Numbered from the stretch's first letter, positions 1 to 8,500 are shown. The stretch: DNA of 24,000 nucleotides from Enterobacter quasihormaechei (GCF_004331385.1 NZ_SJON01000029.1:414-24413); one strand, 5' to 3'. The notes: generated from the letters alone by a model not told the origin. Numbers and translations: made by a program.

Positions 1-70
1 GTTTCCGGTGACAGTTGCATGGTGTTCTCCTTTTGTTCTGTTTCCGGAGGCAATGCCTCCGGCTTTTCTG

Positions 71-481
71 TCAGGCCTCGAGCGCAGCGCGCAGGCGCAT
101 CATGACGTCGTTTTCTTCTTTCAGGGTTTCTTCTGCCGATCCGCCGCCATCCTCCGCGCATACTGCGATACGTTGCATCTCCCGTCCTGCAAGCTGCATG
201 ACTAAGGCCAGCGATTTCGCGGGAATAGTCACGGTTCGCTTCTCGCGTCGCTCATCGAGCATGGTTTCGACAATCGCCCGTATCTGGCCGATATCCGCGC
301 CACTTTCAAGGCATGAACTTAGCCGACGCAGGACTTCATCCAGTTCCTCATCGGTTAAATCCCAGTCAAGGCAGACGCAACGAATGTCATTTCGATTCCA
401 GCAGGCGAAAACGTATTTCTCGCCATCGAGGTCGGAATGTCTGAACATTTCAAGGGCAATTTCTCTTGCTGTACCAATCAT
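71..481 (-). CDS. DUF1380-like plasmid protein (136 aa)
   Basis: Intact ORF in the same orientation as klcA. Its N-terminal layout (M.GT.EE....) resembles the ORF at 1309-1731. Confidence 0.7.
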   Translation of the reverse strand: MIGTAREIALEMFRHSDLDGEKYVFACWNRNDIRCVCLDWDLTDEELDEVLRRLSSCLESGADIGQIRAIVETMLDERREKRTVTIPAKSLALVMQLAGREMQRIAVCAEDGGGSAEETLKEENDVMMRLRAALEA

Positions 482-523
482 GTTTTTCTCCTTTTATCGG
501 GCGGCATCGCCGCCCGTGGTCAG

Positions 524-952
524 TCAGTCAAGGGCACGCCAGATGGTGGCGCTTTCCGGATGGGTGTCAGCAAATGCCATAAGCTGCTCATAGCGACGGC
601 AGAAGTGGCGGCACAGCTCTTCATGGTCATGGTTGCTGTGGTGCCAGCTCCGGTGATTCAGTACCAGCGCCGTGAGAATGATCCCCGCCACTTCCCCGCT
701 GACAGTCTGCTCAAACCAGTTGTCCGGATTGCACAGGGTCAGGCTCTCCACGTCAGGCGCCATATATCCGCCACCTTCCGGCAGCCGGTAAAACTGCCAG
801 AATCCCCCCTGATACTCAGGGCAGTAACGCTGGGCATAGGCGTACACGGATGCCTCGGACGTCATAAAATCGCCGCCAAACAAATCAGGCAGGAAAGTCA
901 GGCGCTGCGCACCCTCAAGACGAACAGCATCACAGGTCACGGTCTGGTTCAT
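524..952 (-). CDS. klcA: Antirestriction protein, KlcA/ArdB family
   Basis: The translation MNQTVTCDAV...RLTFLPDLFGGDFMTSEASVYAYAQRYCPEYQGGFWQFYRLPEGGGYMAP... has the typical KlcA/ArdB pattern. The start was trimmed to the internal Met at 952 from the longer track ORF (1030). Confidence 0.88.
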   Translation of the reverse strand: MNQTVTCDAVRLEGAQRLTFLPDLFGGDFMTSEASVYAYAQRYCPEYQGGFWQFYRLPEGGGYMAPDVESLTLCNPDNWFEQTVSGEVAGIILTALVLNHRSWHHSNHDHEELCRHFCRRYEQLMAFADTHPESATIWRALD

Positions 953-1010
953 AGATCCTCCACGGTTAACATATTCTCGGTTCCGGCATCGCCGTGACGA
1001 CACGACAGAC

Positions 1011-1155
1011 CGGCGAAAAGCGGAGGACACAGGGGCGACGCCGCAAGCCGCAGCGCAAAGCCTTCACGGGCTGAATGCACCGTGAAGGGTGCGAACGGGT
1101 GAGGACGGAGGCGTGAGCGAACCCTTGTGGCCGATGCGGCCGGGCTACAGTGAAG
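1011..1155. repeat. Copy A of structured leading-region intergenic repeat
   Basis: Shares cggcgaaaagcggagg...ggggcgacgccgcaagccgcagcgcaa...cacgggctgaatgcaccgtg...gcgaacgggtgaggacgga...gaaccctt with copies at 2721-2907 and 3706-3890. Contains hairpin CCTTCACGG/CCGTGAAGG (1061-1088). Confidence 0.9.
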
Positions 1156-1308
1156 TCACGGCGCATGCCGTCACCGCACGGAGCTTCAGGGGAGTTTCAT
1201 TGTCCCGACGTGGCCCGGAGGGCAGCGGCGGATAGAAGCGGAAGGCACTGACATCCTTTTCGCTGTGGATGTCCACCGGTTGCCGGGGCGTTACCCCGGC
1301 TCTTTCCC

Positions 1309-1731
1309 TTACGCGGCCAGCGTCTCCTGTAAGGCGTGAACGTCCTTCAGCTCATTCCTGACGGATTCAGGCTCCTGCCGCCCGGCTTCCCAGGCCATAC
1401 CGATCCGGTTTTCCAGCTCACATTCATAGTTACGCAGGACGCGGGACAGGAGTACCGCCGGAACACTCACCTGACGGTTTGCCGCTTCCCGCTGACGGGC
1501 CAGGAGATCGCTGACAGTCAGATTATTTACCCCCTCCTGGCGGTATTGCGTCATTTTCATTTCGCCGATCGCCTTCATCAGATTCCGGATTTCAGCCCCG
1601 TCCGGTTCTGGCTGGGCTTCACGGCAGGCCACGCTAATCCCCTCTTCCGTCCAGACCAGCAGGACCAGGGGTTCGTCAAACGTGAACATGTTTTCAAGCT
1701 GTACACAAAGTTCTTCGCGGGTTCCGTACAT
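1309..1731 (-). CDS. DUF1380-like plasmid protein (140 aa)
   Basis: Intact ORF, MYGTREELCVQLENMFTFDEPLVLLVW..., similar in layout to the 71-481 product. Confidence 0.7.
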   Translation of the reverse strand: MYGTREELCVQLENMFTFDEPLVLLVWTEEGISVACREAQPEPDGAEIRNLMKAIGEMKMTQYRQEGVNNLTVSDLLARQREAANRQVSVPAVLLSRVLRNYECELENRIGMAWEAGRQEPESVRNELKDVHALQETLAA

Positions 1732-1786
1732 CGTTTGTTCTCTCTTGTAAGGGGTTACAGACCGGGCATCAGCCCGGCAGGGTCAG

Positions 1787-2008
1787 TCAGTCCTGAAAGG
1801 TTTCGTCCAGCACCAGGGCTTCGCGGTAGGCTTCAAGAAGCAGGGTGTTGATCCGGCGCAGAGTCTGCGCAGCCATACGTTCGGTAAGCGTTGCCGCGTC
1901 GTGCCGGTGCTGCGATTCGAGGCGGTTCAGCAGCATCCGCACGTCACACATGGCATTGCTGAGCGCGGCCACGTCCGCGCGCAGGTTTTCAAGGCCCGGG
2001 TAGTTCAT
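1787..2008 (-). CDS. Small conserved plasmid protein (73 aa)
   Basis: The start ATG overlaps the stop of the upstream methyltransferase ORF (ATGA), which suggests translational coupling. Confidence 0.6.
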   Translation of the reverse strand: MNYPGLENLRADVAALSNAMCDVRMLLNRLESQHRHDAATLTERMAAQTLRRINTLLLEAYREALVLDETFQD

Positions 2009-2697
2009 GCCGCCTCCGGATAGTCGGGGTAAAACGCGCCGTCATTGGCCGCCGGCATCCTTCTTGCCCGTTCAACCTGTGCCAGACGTCGAACGCCGGC
2101 GGCGTGGTACTGCTCAAGCATCTCGATCCCGATATAGCGGCGGCTGGCTTCGGCGGCGGCCACGCAGGTGGAGCCGCTGCCGGCGAACGGGTCAAGGACA
2201 ATAGCCCCCGGACGCGTGAGCGATTCAATCAGCGGCCGCAGGCTCTGCACCGGCTTCTCCGTCGGGTGATGTCGGTTGCCCGTGTATTTCCAGGGGATCA
2301 CGTCCGGGATGGGACGGTCCGGGGTTTGCGGCCTTCCCTTTGCCAGCAGGTAGGCACTCTCATGGGTGTAACCCACGAACGTCGATTTTGAGGCGTAGCT
2401 CTTGGCAAAGACGATATGGCCAACCACCCGGAAACCGGCCGTTTTCCACGCATTCAGAAACAGATCCGCGCGGTTCCAGGCATAGAAACTCACCATCAGG
2501 CTGTCATTTTTCAGCACGCGGTACATTTCATGACAGGCGGGCTGGAGCCATTCTGCTGAGTTGTCCCCGGCCAGGGTACGACCGGTACGGTCCTTATAGC
2601 CAACCAGATACGGTGGATCGGTAAGAATAAAATCGACGGCACGCGCCGGAAAACGGGACATCACCTGCACGCAGTCACCCAGAATAAAACGGGACAT
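2005..2697 (-). CDS. Orphan DNA methyltransferase (N6-adenine/N4-cytosine type, 230 aa)
   Basis: Catalytic DPPY motif (FILTDPPYLVGYKDRTG) and C-terminal FxGxG-type AdoMet motif (VLDPFAGSGSTCVAA). Start trimmed to MSRFILGDC at 2697. No cognate restriction endonuclease is adjacent. Confidence 0.88.
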   Translation of the reverse strand: MSRFILGDCVQVMSRFPARAVDFILTDPPYLVGYKDRTGRTLAGDNSAEWLQPACHEMYRVLKNDSLMVSFYAWNRADLFLNAWKTAGFRVVGHIVFAKSYASKSTFVGYTHESAYLLAKGRPQTPDRPIPDVIPWKYTGNRHHPTEKPVQSLRPLIESLTRPGAIVLDPFAGSGSTCVAAAEASRRYIGIEMLEQYHAAGVRRLAQVERARRMPAANDGAFYPDYPEAA

Positions 2698-2720
2698 AGA
2701 CACACTCCTCTCTGATATGC

Positions 2721-2907
2721 GGCACCCTCTTGCGCCGTGCCGCCACAAAAACCCGGCGAAAAGCGGAGGGCGCAGGGGCGACGCCGCAAGCCGCAGCGCA
2801 AGCCTTTCACGGGCTGAATGCACCGTGAAAGGTGCGAACGGGTGAGGACGGAGACAAGTGAACCCTTGCGACCGCAGCGGCCGGGTTAGCGTGAAGGCAC
2901 GGCGTTG
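2721..2907. repeat. Copy B of structured leading-region intergenic repeat
   Basis: Near-identical to copy C, from ggcaccctcttgcgccgtgccgccacaaaaa through gcggccgggttagcgtgaaggcacggcg. Contains perfect hairpin CCTTTCACGG/CCGTGAAAGG (2803-2832). Confidence 0.92.
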
Positions 2908-3218
2908 AACACGCCGCCGGCTGGCGGCAATAAGGCGGAGGGAACCGACATCCTTCGGTACCGGTTCTGGTAGCTGATGAGTCCGTGAGTGTATGGCAGA
3001 ATGCACACTGATAATGGATTCGCGCCGTTATCTGACATGTGTGCCTTTGATTTCAGGACGTCCCCGACCGGAGACGTCTTTTTTTTGAGTCGGATATATG
3101 GCAGGTGAAAGTGCGAAGTGATTATGTGATTATCAGCGCCGAAAACATCTTAAGGGTTTTCACCTGTAACGAATTGCATGGCTTCAGGACACCCCCTCCC
3201 CGGATGGTGTCCTTTTTT

Positions 3219-3686
3219 TCAGCGCCCCTTCACGTGGTCGATAGCGAACTGCAGCGTGTCCCAGTTAAAACCGATGCCTGCATCGTGGCTGTGGTCGCAG
3301 ATACGCATGGCTTCTGCAATTTCTTCCTCCGACAGACTGTCATCAAGCGACAGAAAATCATCTTCCAGCCAGAACGTCCCCATACACAGTGCATCCGGTG
3401 GGTACTGCTTCAGCCTGGCGATGAGCCCTGCCACCGTCACATCATCACGACATGCAGGACGCGACGGCAGGACGCGATCGGCGATGTCGTTCCAGCACCA
3501 GTCATCGCACTCCGGTACGGGTTCCAGCAGGGTCTGTAATTCCACGCCCGGCAGCTGGGAGAGCTGCTCCAGAACCTCCCCCAGAGAAAGTCGCTCTCCG
3601 CTGGCATCTTCACTCCCCAGGTAATGGTGATTGATATAGACGGCAAACTCGCCGTTATCGAGTTCAATACAGGTCAGTCTGAACAT
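3219..3686 (-). CDS. Conserved plasmid protein of unknown function (155 aa, acidic)
   Basis: ORF trimmed to MFRLTCIELDNGEFAVYINHHYLG... at 3686. It lies immediately downstream of repeat copy C, as klcA and the methylase lie downstream of copies A and B. Confidence 0.65.
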   Translation of the reverse strand: MFRLTCIELDNGEFAVYINHHYLGSEDASGERLSLGEVLEQLSQLPGVELQTLLEPVPECDDWCWNDIADRVLPSRPACRDDVTVAGLIARLKQYPPDALCMGTFWLEDDFLSLDDSLSEEEIAEAMRICDHSHDAGIGFNWDTLQFAIDHVKGR

Positions 3687-3705
3687 GGTTGTGTCCTCAG
3701 CATCC

Positions 3706-3890
3706 GGCACCCTCTTGCGCCGTGCCGCCACAAAAACACGGCGTAAAGCGGAGGACGCCAGGGCGACGCCGAAGCCGCAGCGCAAGCCCTTCACGGGCTG
3801 AATGCACCGTGCAGGGCGCGAACGGGTGAGGACGGAGACAACGTGAACCCTTGCGACCGCAGCGGCCGGGTTAGCGTGAAGGCACGGCGG
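3706..3890. repeat. Copy C of structured leading-region intergenic repeat
   Basis: Near-identical to copy B. Hairpin GCCCTTCACGG/CCGTGCAGGGC (3786-3817) has one mismatch. Confidence 0.92.
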
Positions 3891-3944
3891 GTAATTTCTT
3901 ACGGGAGATATAAAGCGGAGGGAAAATTTCACATTAAATTAAAA

Positions 3945-3960
3945 TGTGATTTACATCACA
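3945..3960. promoter_or_regulatory. Consensus CRP-like binding site
   Basis: TGTGATTTACATCACA matches TGTGA-N6-TCACA exactly, in an AT-rich flank. Confidence 0.6.
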
Positions 3961-3977
3961 AAACAATACATTATAAT
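3950..3977 (+). promoter_or_regulatory. Sigma70-like promoter on + strand
   Basis: TTTACA, 16-nt spacer, TATAAT. Confidence 0.55.
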
Positions 3978-4004
3978 CGCCGAAAAATTAAGCGATTAGT
4001 TTTG

Positions 4005-4041
4005 ACGGCAGGGATGAGATGTCACCCTGCCGTTTTTTTTT
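4005..4041 (+). terminator. Rho-independent terminator
   Basis: ACGGCAGGG ... CCCTGCCGT stem followed by a run of T. Confidence 0.85.
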
Positions 4042-4076
4042 GTCCTGCATTGTCCTCTTCAGGACAATGCAGGACA
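4041..4076. repeat. Perfect 16-bp stem hairpin with 4-nt loop
   Basis: TGTCCTGCATTGTCCT-CTTC-AGGACAATGCAGGACA. Confidence 0.9.
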
Positions 4077-4144
4077 GAGGGTTACAGGATTGAGAGAATG
4101 CCAGCCGAAGATTGGAATCTGGAAGTGGGCAGCTGGCACGAAAC

Positions 4145-4525
4145 TTATTTAGCTGTTTTGCAGGCTGAGACTAACGATGATCGGAGTACGCGAAACTCTA
4201 TCACGTCGTTACGCCCGAGGAGCTTGAGGGCGTCTGGGGAACAGGCCATTGCAGCCTTCAGTGCCAGTGAAATGGCGAGGCTGCGGTAGCGGTTTTGCAG
4301 CATGATGGGAGCATCAGCAGGCACTGCGTCAGACACCTGTAGATACGCTTTCCATGCATCTGGCTGTGCCAAAGCATCACGTTCCACGGCTTCGAGCTGG
4401 TCTTCACGTTCCTTTTGCTTTTGCTTGGCCATCTGGTCAAGAACCGCCACTGTGGCTGCCGCATTCACCGCACCAGGTATTGCCAGTGTGAGCGCCACAA
4501 ACAAAATTGCAGTATTACACTTCAT
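4145..4525 (-). CDS. Putative secreted/periplasmic protein (126 aa)
   Basis: N-terminal signal-peptide-like MKCNTAILFVALTLAIPGAVNAA. Last gene of the apparent stb-linked operon. Confidence 0.6.
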   Translation of the reverse strand: MKCNTAILFVALTLAIPGAVNAAATVAVLDQMAKQKQKEREDQLEAVERDALAQPDAWKAYLQVSDAVPADAPIMLQNRYRSLAISLALKAAMACSPDALKLLGRNDVIEFRVLRSSLVSACKTAK

Positions 4526-4623
4526 TTGTCCTCCTCATTGTTGTTCATCTCCCTTATGTCCTGACAGTTCAACAGCTCGCTGGCCTCCGCCAGCGTCAGC
4601 CCCGCTCTCTCAACCCTTTGCAT
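4522..4623 (-). CDS. Possible small ORF (33 aa, MQRVERAGLTLAEASELLNCQDIREMNNNEEDK)
   Basis: Its stop TGA overlaps the ATG of the 4145-4525 ORF (ATGA). An AGGAGG-like sequence lies just before the downstream start. Not in the supplied track because it is short. Confidence 0.35.
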   Translation of the reverse strand: MQRVERAGLTLAEASELLNCQDIREMNNNEEDK

Positions 4624-4670
4624 CAGTCCCTCCCGGGCTGTCTGGTTACCATTCTGAATGATGTTCCTGC

Positions 4671-4934
4671 TCAGGATCGGTTCTTCGGCTTTTTATCGTC
4701 AAACGCCAGGAGAACACCGAGGCCGATCAGCGAGGCGTAGCAGACCTGCATCGCAATTGTCACCGGCAGGGAGATATTATCAACCAGAACACCGGGAACC
4801 ACGACGGCAACACCTGCCAGTATCATTCCCCTGCCGATCTTTTTTACCCGTTCCGGCCACTGAGATTCAGGCACGTTCCGGGCGCGCAGAAAGTTATGAA
4901 TGCACTGCTCTGCTTTTTGTTTAATCACTGACAT
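4671..4934 (-). CDS. Small inner-membrane protein (87 aa, two predicted hydrophobic helices)
   Basis: GRGMILAGVAVVVPGVLVDNISLPVTIAMQVCYASLIGLGVLLAF. Starts 3 nt after the stbB stop. Confidence 0.55.
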   Translation of the reverse strand: MSVIKQKAEQCIHNFLRARNVPESQWPERVKKIGRGMILAGVAVVVPGVLVDNISLPVTIAMQVCYASLIGLGVLLAFDDKKPKNRS

Positions 4935-4937
4935 GTT

Positions 4938-5600
4938 CTAGTCTCCGAATGCCCGGCGCATATTTTTCTTTATCCTGGTCGCTTCAGCGGATACCGGTGC
5001 GGCAGGCTCCGCTGGTTTCTCCGGCACTGCAGCCATACTCACGTCAGCCGTACCAGCCATCTGCTGAACCAGAACCTGCAGCTCGCTGACCGTGCCGGGC
5101 GGTACCGGCATACTGGCCAGCAGACGCGGCAGCTCCGGTGCGGTCGTATGCAGGGCCAGACCGGTGATAATCAGGTTTCTCAGCAGCTCTCCGCGCAGGC
5201 GGGATGACACGCCCGTCAGCACACGCTCAACCCGTTCACTGCTCCGGTCATCCTGAAGCGTCAGGGTGTAACGCCGGCGCTGGTATTCCGTCTCCGGTGA
5301 CATGGCCAGAGCCGCCACGCCACCATCAGGCTCATCAGGAAGTCCTGAGAGTGAAGACCAGGTGCCGGATACCAGCGCCATCACGGCACAAAGCCGGATA
5401 GCGCTCAGATGCCCGTCAAAGAACACCGGGATCAGCGCCGGTAAACGTGCATCCGTCTGGTACATCACCGCCCCGGCGGTGGCGGCGGTCCGGATGAAGT
5501 CACCACGCAGGGGCTGTGAGATGGTGCTGATGGTCGCCATCGCCGCGATGTCGGTGCGATCGTCGCTGTGCAGATAGAAAGAATACTGGCCGTCCGGCAC
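4938..5600 (-). CDS. stbB: StbB-like plasmid stability/partition adaptor (220 aa)
   Basis: Immediately downstream of the ParM/StbA ORF in the same operon. Contains two mutually similar segments. Confidence 0.7.
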   Translation of the reverse strand: MPDGQYSFYLHSDDRTDIAAMATISTISQPLRGDFIRTAATAGAVMYQTDARLPALIPVFFDGHLSAIRLCAVMALVSGTWSSLSGLPDEPDGGVAALAMSPETEYQRRRYTLTLQDDRSSERVERVLTGVSSRLRGELLRNLIITGLALHTTAPELPRLLASMPVPPGTVSELQVLVQQMAGTADVSMAAVPEKPAEPAAPVSAEATRIKKNMRRAFGD

Positions 5601-5602
5601 GT

Positions 5603-6577
5603 TTAGTCCTCTTTATTGTAAAGGGCAATCTCTCTGGCCAGCGCCAGCTGCGGATCGCCGATAACCTCGATACGGTCAGGAGCCAGAGGCCAGGCCTGAC
5701 GGATAGCCTCTTCAATGAGGGATGCCCCTCCCCCGACCAGGAATACCCGGTTAACGTTCCTGAAGGCCGTCAGCTCACTGGTGACGCGCGCGCCCAGGGA
5801 AGTGATTGCCTCTGTAATTTTGTTCAGAACATTGTCAATTTTTCCGGCATCGTTGATCACTCGCTGCAGATACTGACGATCATTGCGGTTGCGGATGACC
5901 GTGTCAGCAATAAGCGCGCTGGTTTCGCTGTCTGCAGCCCGCAGCGCGCCTGCAGCTGCGCGGGTGACCTGTGACACGCCGACAGACGGATTGCCGTGTA
6001 CCGCACTGATATCATCAAACTGTCCGACAATCACGCCGGCATCGAGCGTGGTTCCGCCGAGATCGATAATCAGTGTGGTCTCAGCGGGTCCGGGCTTCAG
6101 CTCGGCGAGACGGGAGAACGCCGCCGGCAGTGATTCCGGCATCACCTTCACGTCCGTTACGGTAAATGCCCTGCCCTTATTCAGAACCAGCTCACGCATC
6201 AGGTTTTCCCGTTTGCGTCGGATGTTCTCCTCGTTCCGCTGGCAGTCCCCGTCATAATACTCGCTCAGGGGCAGCGTCACGGTCAGGCTCACCGGCTGCG
6301 GCTCAAGTCCGCTGTTCAGCAGGGCATGATGCACGGCCAGCAGGTTGAGATCACCGTACTGGTATTCCACGTTTGTCGTCGGGATGGCATCCCGGCTGAC
6401 GCTGTCCCAGGTGTATTTCAGCGTGCCCACCTGATAGTTGAACGTTGCGGCACTGAATTCCGCCACTTTCCAGCCATGCCGGAAGGAGTTAGCTGAAACC
6501 CGGGTCTGCAGCTCGTTTCCTTCAAACCATGCCAGCTTAACATTAGTTGAACCATCATCGCAGTAAATATTCATCAT
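5603..6577 (-). CDS. stbA: StbA/ParM actin-like plasmid segregation ATPase (324 aa)
   Basis: YCDDGSTNVKLAW N-terminal phosphate-1-like motif, TTLIIDLGGTTLDAGV phosphate-2 motif, and VFLVGGGASLIEEAI adenosine-type motif. Confidence 0.92.
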   Translation of the reverse strand: MMNIYCDDGSTNVKLAWFEGNELQTRVSANSFRHGWKVAEFSAATFNYQVGTLKYTWDSVSRDAIPTTNVEYQYGDLNLLAVHHALLNSGLEPQPVSLTVTLPLSEYYDGDCQRNEENIRRKRENLMRELVLNKGRAFTVTDVKVMPESLPAAFSRLAELKPGPAETTLIIDLGGTTLDAGVIVGQFDDISAVHGNPSVGVSQVTRAAAGALRAADSETSALIADTVIRNRNDRQYLQRVINDAGKIDNVLNKITEAITSLGARVTSELTAFRNVNRVFLVGGGASLIEEAIRQAWPLAPDRIEVIGDPQLALAREIALYNKED

Positions 6578-6648
6578 TATGCTCCGTTAATTAAACTCAA
6601 TTTGATACATATTATAAGAGCAAAATGGCAAAACAAAAGCCTTATTTT

Positions 6649-6716
6649 CTCATTGTGAGTAATTTAAATATCTCATAATGAGAATAAATAGCATTTTGAG
6701 TAACTTAGATTACTCA
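6649..6716. promoter_or_regulatory. Candidate stb/parC-type centromere and operator
   Basis: CTCA-N3-TGAG (6649-6659), CTCA-N3-TGAG (6672-6682) and perfect inverted repeat TGAGTAA-N6-TTACTCA (6697-6716), upstream of stbA. Confidence 0.6.
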
Positions 6717-6764
6717 CCCTGTTCATGAAGCAGGTGATCTGGATTATCCTCGCGCTGTTAAATA

Positions 6765-6784
6765 TACTGTATGCATAACCAGTA
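6765..6784 (+). promoter_or_regulatory. LexA (SOS) box upstream of umuDC
   Basis: TACTGTATGCATAACCAGTA: TACTG-N10-CAGTA, ending 22 bp before the umuD ATG. Confidence 0.9.
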
Positions 6785-6806
6785 CATTTAGACGTCAGGA
6801 GGAAAG

Positions 6807-7238
6807 ATGAAACTGCAGCTTTTCAGCACCGGGAAAGCACTCCCGCCACAGGCCCATCCGTTGTTTGCAGACCTGGCCAGCTGCGGTTTTCCCAGCCCTG
6901 CCGCTGACTATGTCGAGTCCGACCTGGATCTCCATGATTACTGCATACGGCACCCGAGCGCGACTTACTATCTCCGTGCCAGCGGTGACAGCATGTCCGA
7001 CGGCAGCCTTTACAATGGCGATCTGCTGGTTGTGGACAGTGCAGAGAAGCCCCGGCACGGCGATATTGTTGTGGCCAGCGTGCAGGGGGAGTTTACGGTT
7101 AAACGGCTTCTGCTGACGCCACGACTGACGCTGCAGCCAATGAACGCCGCCTGGTCGCCGATTTATCCCGACCCGGACGATCTGGATATCTTTGGCGTCG
7201 TCACGCACATCATCCACCGCCCGAGGGAGATGTACTGA
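6807..7238 (+). CDS. umuD: UmuD-like Pol V subunit / self-cleaving protease (143 aa)
   Basis: Cleavage-site-like SCGFPSPA, catalytic serine context RASGDSM, lysine context EFTVKRL, and LexA box upstream. Confidence 0.92.
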   Translation: MKLQLFSTGKALPPQAHPLFADLASCGFPSPAADYVESDLDLHDYCIRHPSATYYLRASGDSMSDGSLYNGDLLVVDSAEKPRHGDIVVASVQGEFTVKRLLLTPRLTLQPMNAAWSPIYPDPDDLDIFGVVTHIIHRPREMY

Positions 7239-8500
7239 TGTTTGCCCTGGCCGATGTGAACAGCTTTTATGCCAGCTGCGAACGTGTTTTCCGCCCTGAT
7301 TTGAAAGGAAAGCCGGTTGTGGTGCTCAGTAATAACGATGGCTGCGTCATCGCAAGAAGTGCCGAGGCAAAGCCCTGGATCAAAATGGGCACGCCGTGGT
7401 TTCAGATGAAAAACGAAAAGTACCCGGAAAAAATATACGCGTTCTCAAGCAACTATGAACTTTATGCCTCGATGTCAGCGCGCGTGATGAGCTGCCTGGA
7501 GGAGCTGGCCCCCAGGGTGGAACAGTATTCGATTGACGAGATGTTCCTCGACCTGACCGGCGTTGAGCACTGCATGGACCTGGAGGACTTCGGCCGGCAG
7601 CTGCGCCAGCACGTGTATGACTGTACCCGTCTGACCATCGGCGTGGGTGCCGGGCCGACGAAAACCCTGGCAAAATCAGCCCAGTGGGCCTCAAAGGAGT
7701 GGAAACAGTTTCGTGGCGTGCTCGCCCTGACCCGGGGGAATCCTCAGCGAACGCGGAAACTGCTTTCACTGCAGCCGGTCGAAGAGATCTGGGGCGTGGG
7801 AAACCGTATTGCACGCAAGCTCAATGTTCTTGGCATCAGGACCGCGCTCGATCTGGCCCTGACGAACCCGGCCTTCATCCGGAAAAATTTCTCCGTCGTT
7901 CTCGAGCGAACAGTGCGCGAACTGAACGGGGAAAGCTGCATGTCGCTTGAAGAAGCACCGCCTACTAAACAACAGATTGTCTGCAGCCGCAGTTTTGGCG
8001 AGAAGATCACTGAATACGATTCGCTGCGCCAGGCTGTCTGTCAGTACGCAGAACGGGCCTCAGAAAAGCTGCGTAAAGAGCGCCAGTACTGCCGGCATAT
8101 TTCCGTATTCATCAAAACGTCTCCGTTCGCCGTTAAAGAGCCTTACTACGGCAACGTGGCCACGGAGAAACTGCTTACCCCCACTCAGGACACCCGGGAC
8201 ATCATTGCGGCCGCCACAACGGCTCTGGAGCGTATCTGGAAGGATGGGCACCGGTATGCTAAAGCCGGTGTGATGCTGAATGACTTCACCGGCTCCGGAG
8301 TTTCGCAGCTGCAGCTGTTCGACGAACGTCCTCACAGCGCTGAGCTGATGAAGGTTCTCGATGGCATTAATCATTCCGGGCTGGGACAGGTCTGGTTTGC
8401 AGGACGAGGGATTGCGCCTGCATGGCAGATGAAACGCGATATGCTCTCCCCCGCGTACACCACACGCTGGAAAGATATCCCCATAGCGAGGATCGGTTAA
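7238..8500 (+). CDS. umuC: UmuC-like Y-family DNA polymerase (420 aa)
   Basis: [46 protein letters not shown], and beta-clamp-like QLQLFD. Start overlaps the umuD stop. Confidence 0.95.
   Translation: MFALADVNSFYASCERVFRPDLKGKPVVVLSNNDGCVIARSAEAKPWIKMGTPWFQMKNEKYPEKIYAFSSNYELYASMSARVMSCLEELAPRVEQYSIDEMFLDLTGVEHCMDLEDFGRQLRQHVYDCTRLTIGVGAGPTKTLAKSAQWASKEWKQFRGVLALTRGNPQRTRKLLSLQPVEEIWGVGNRIARKLNVLGIRTALDLALTNPAFIRKNFSVVLERTVRELNGESCMSLEEAPPTKQQIVCSRSFGEKITEYDSLRQAVCQYAERASEKLRKERQYCRHISVFIKTSPFAVKEPYYGNVATEKLLTPTQDTRDIIAAATTALERIWKDGHRYAKAGVMLNDFTGSGVSQLQLFDERPHSAELMKVLDGINHSGLGQVWFAGRGIAPAWQMKRDMLSPAYTTRWKDIPIARIG

Noticed and set aside
966-1166. 66-aa ORF on the minus strand
   Set aside because: It lies inside structured intergenic repeat copy A, and similar spurious translations (TRSHPSRCIQPVK) appear from copies B and C as N-terminal extensions of real genes.
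2698-3006. N-terminal 103 aa of the track ORF 2005-3006
   Set aside because: This is a read-through translation of repeat copy B. The methyltransferase starts naturally at MSRFILGDC (2697).
3687-3932. N-terminal 82 aa of the track ORF 3219-3932
   Set aside because: This is a translation of repeat copy C. The conserved-looking protein starts at 3686.
5883-6257. 124-aa plus-strand ORF and other ORFs antisense to stbA, umuC and klcA
   Set aside because: They overlap well-supported genes on the opposite strand and resemble no recognised protein.
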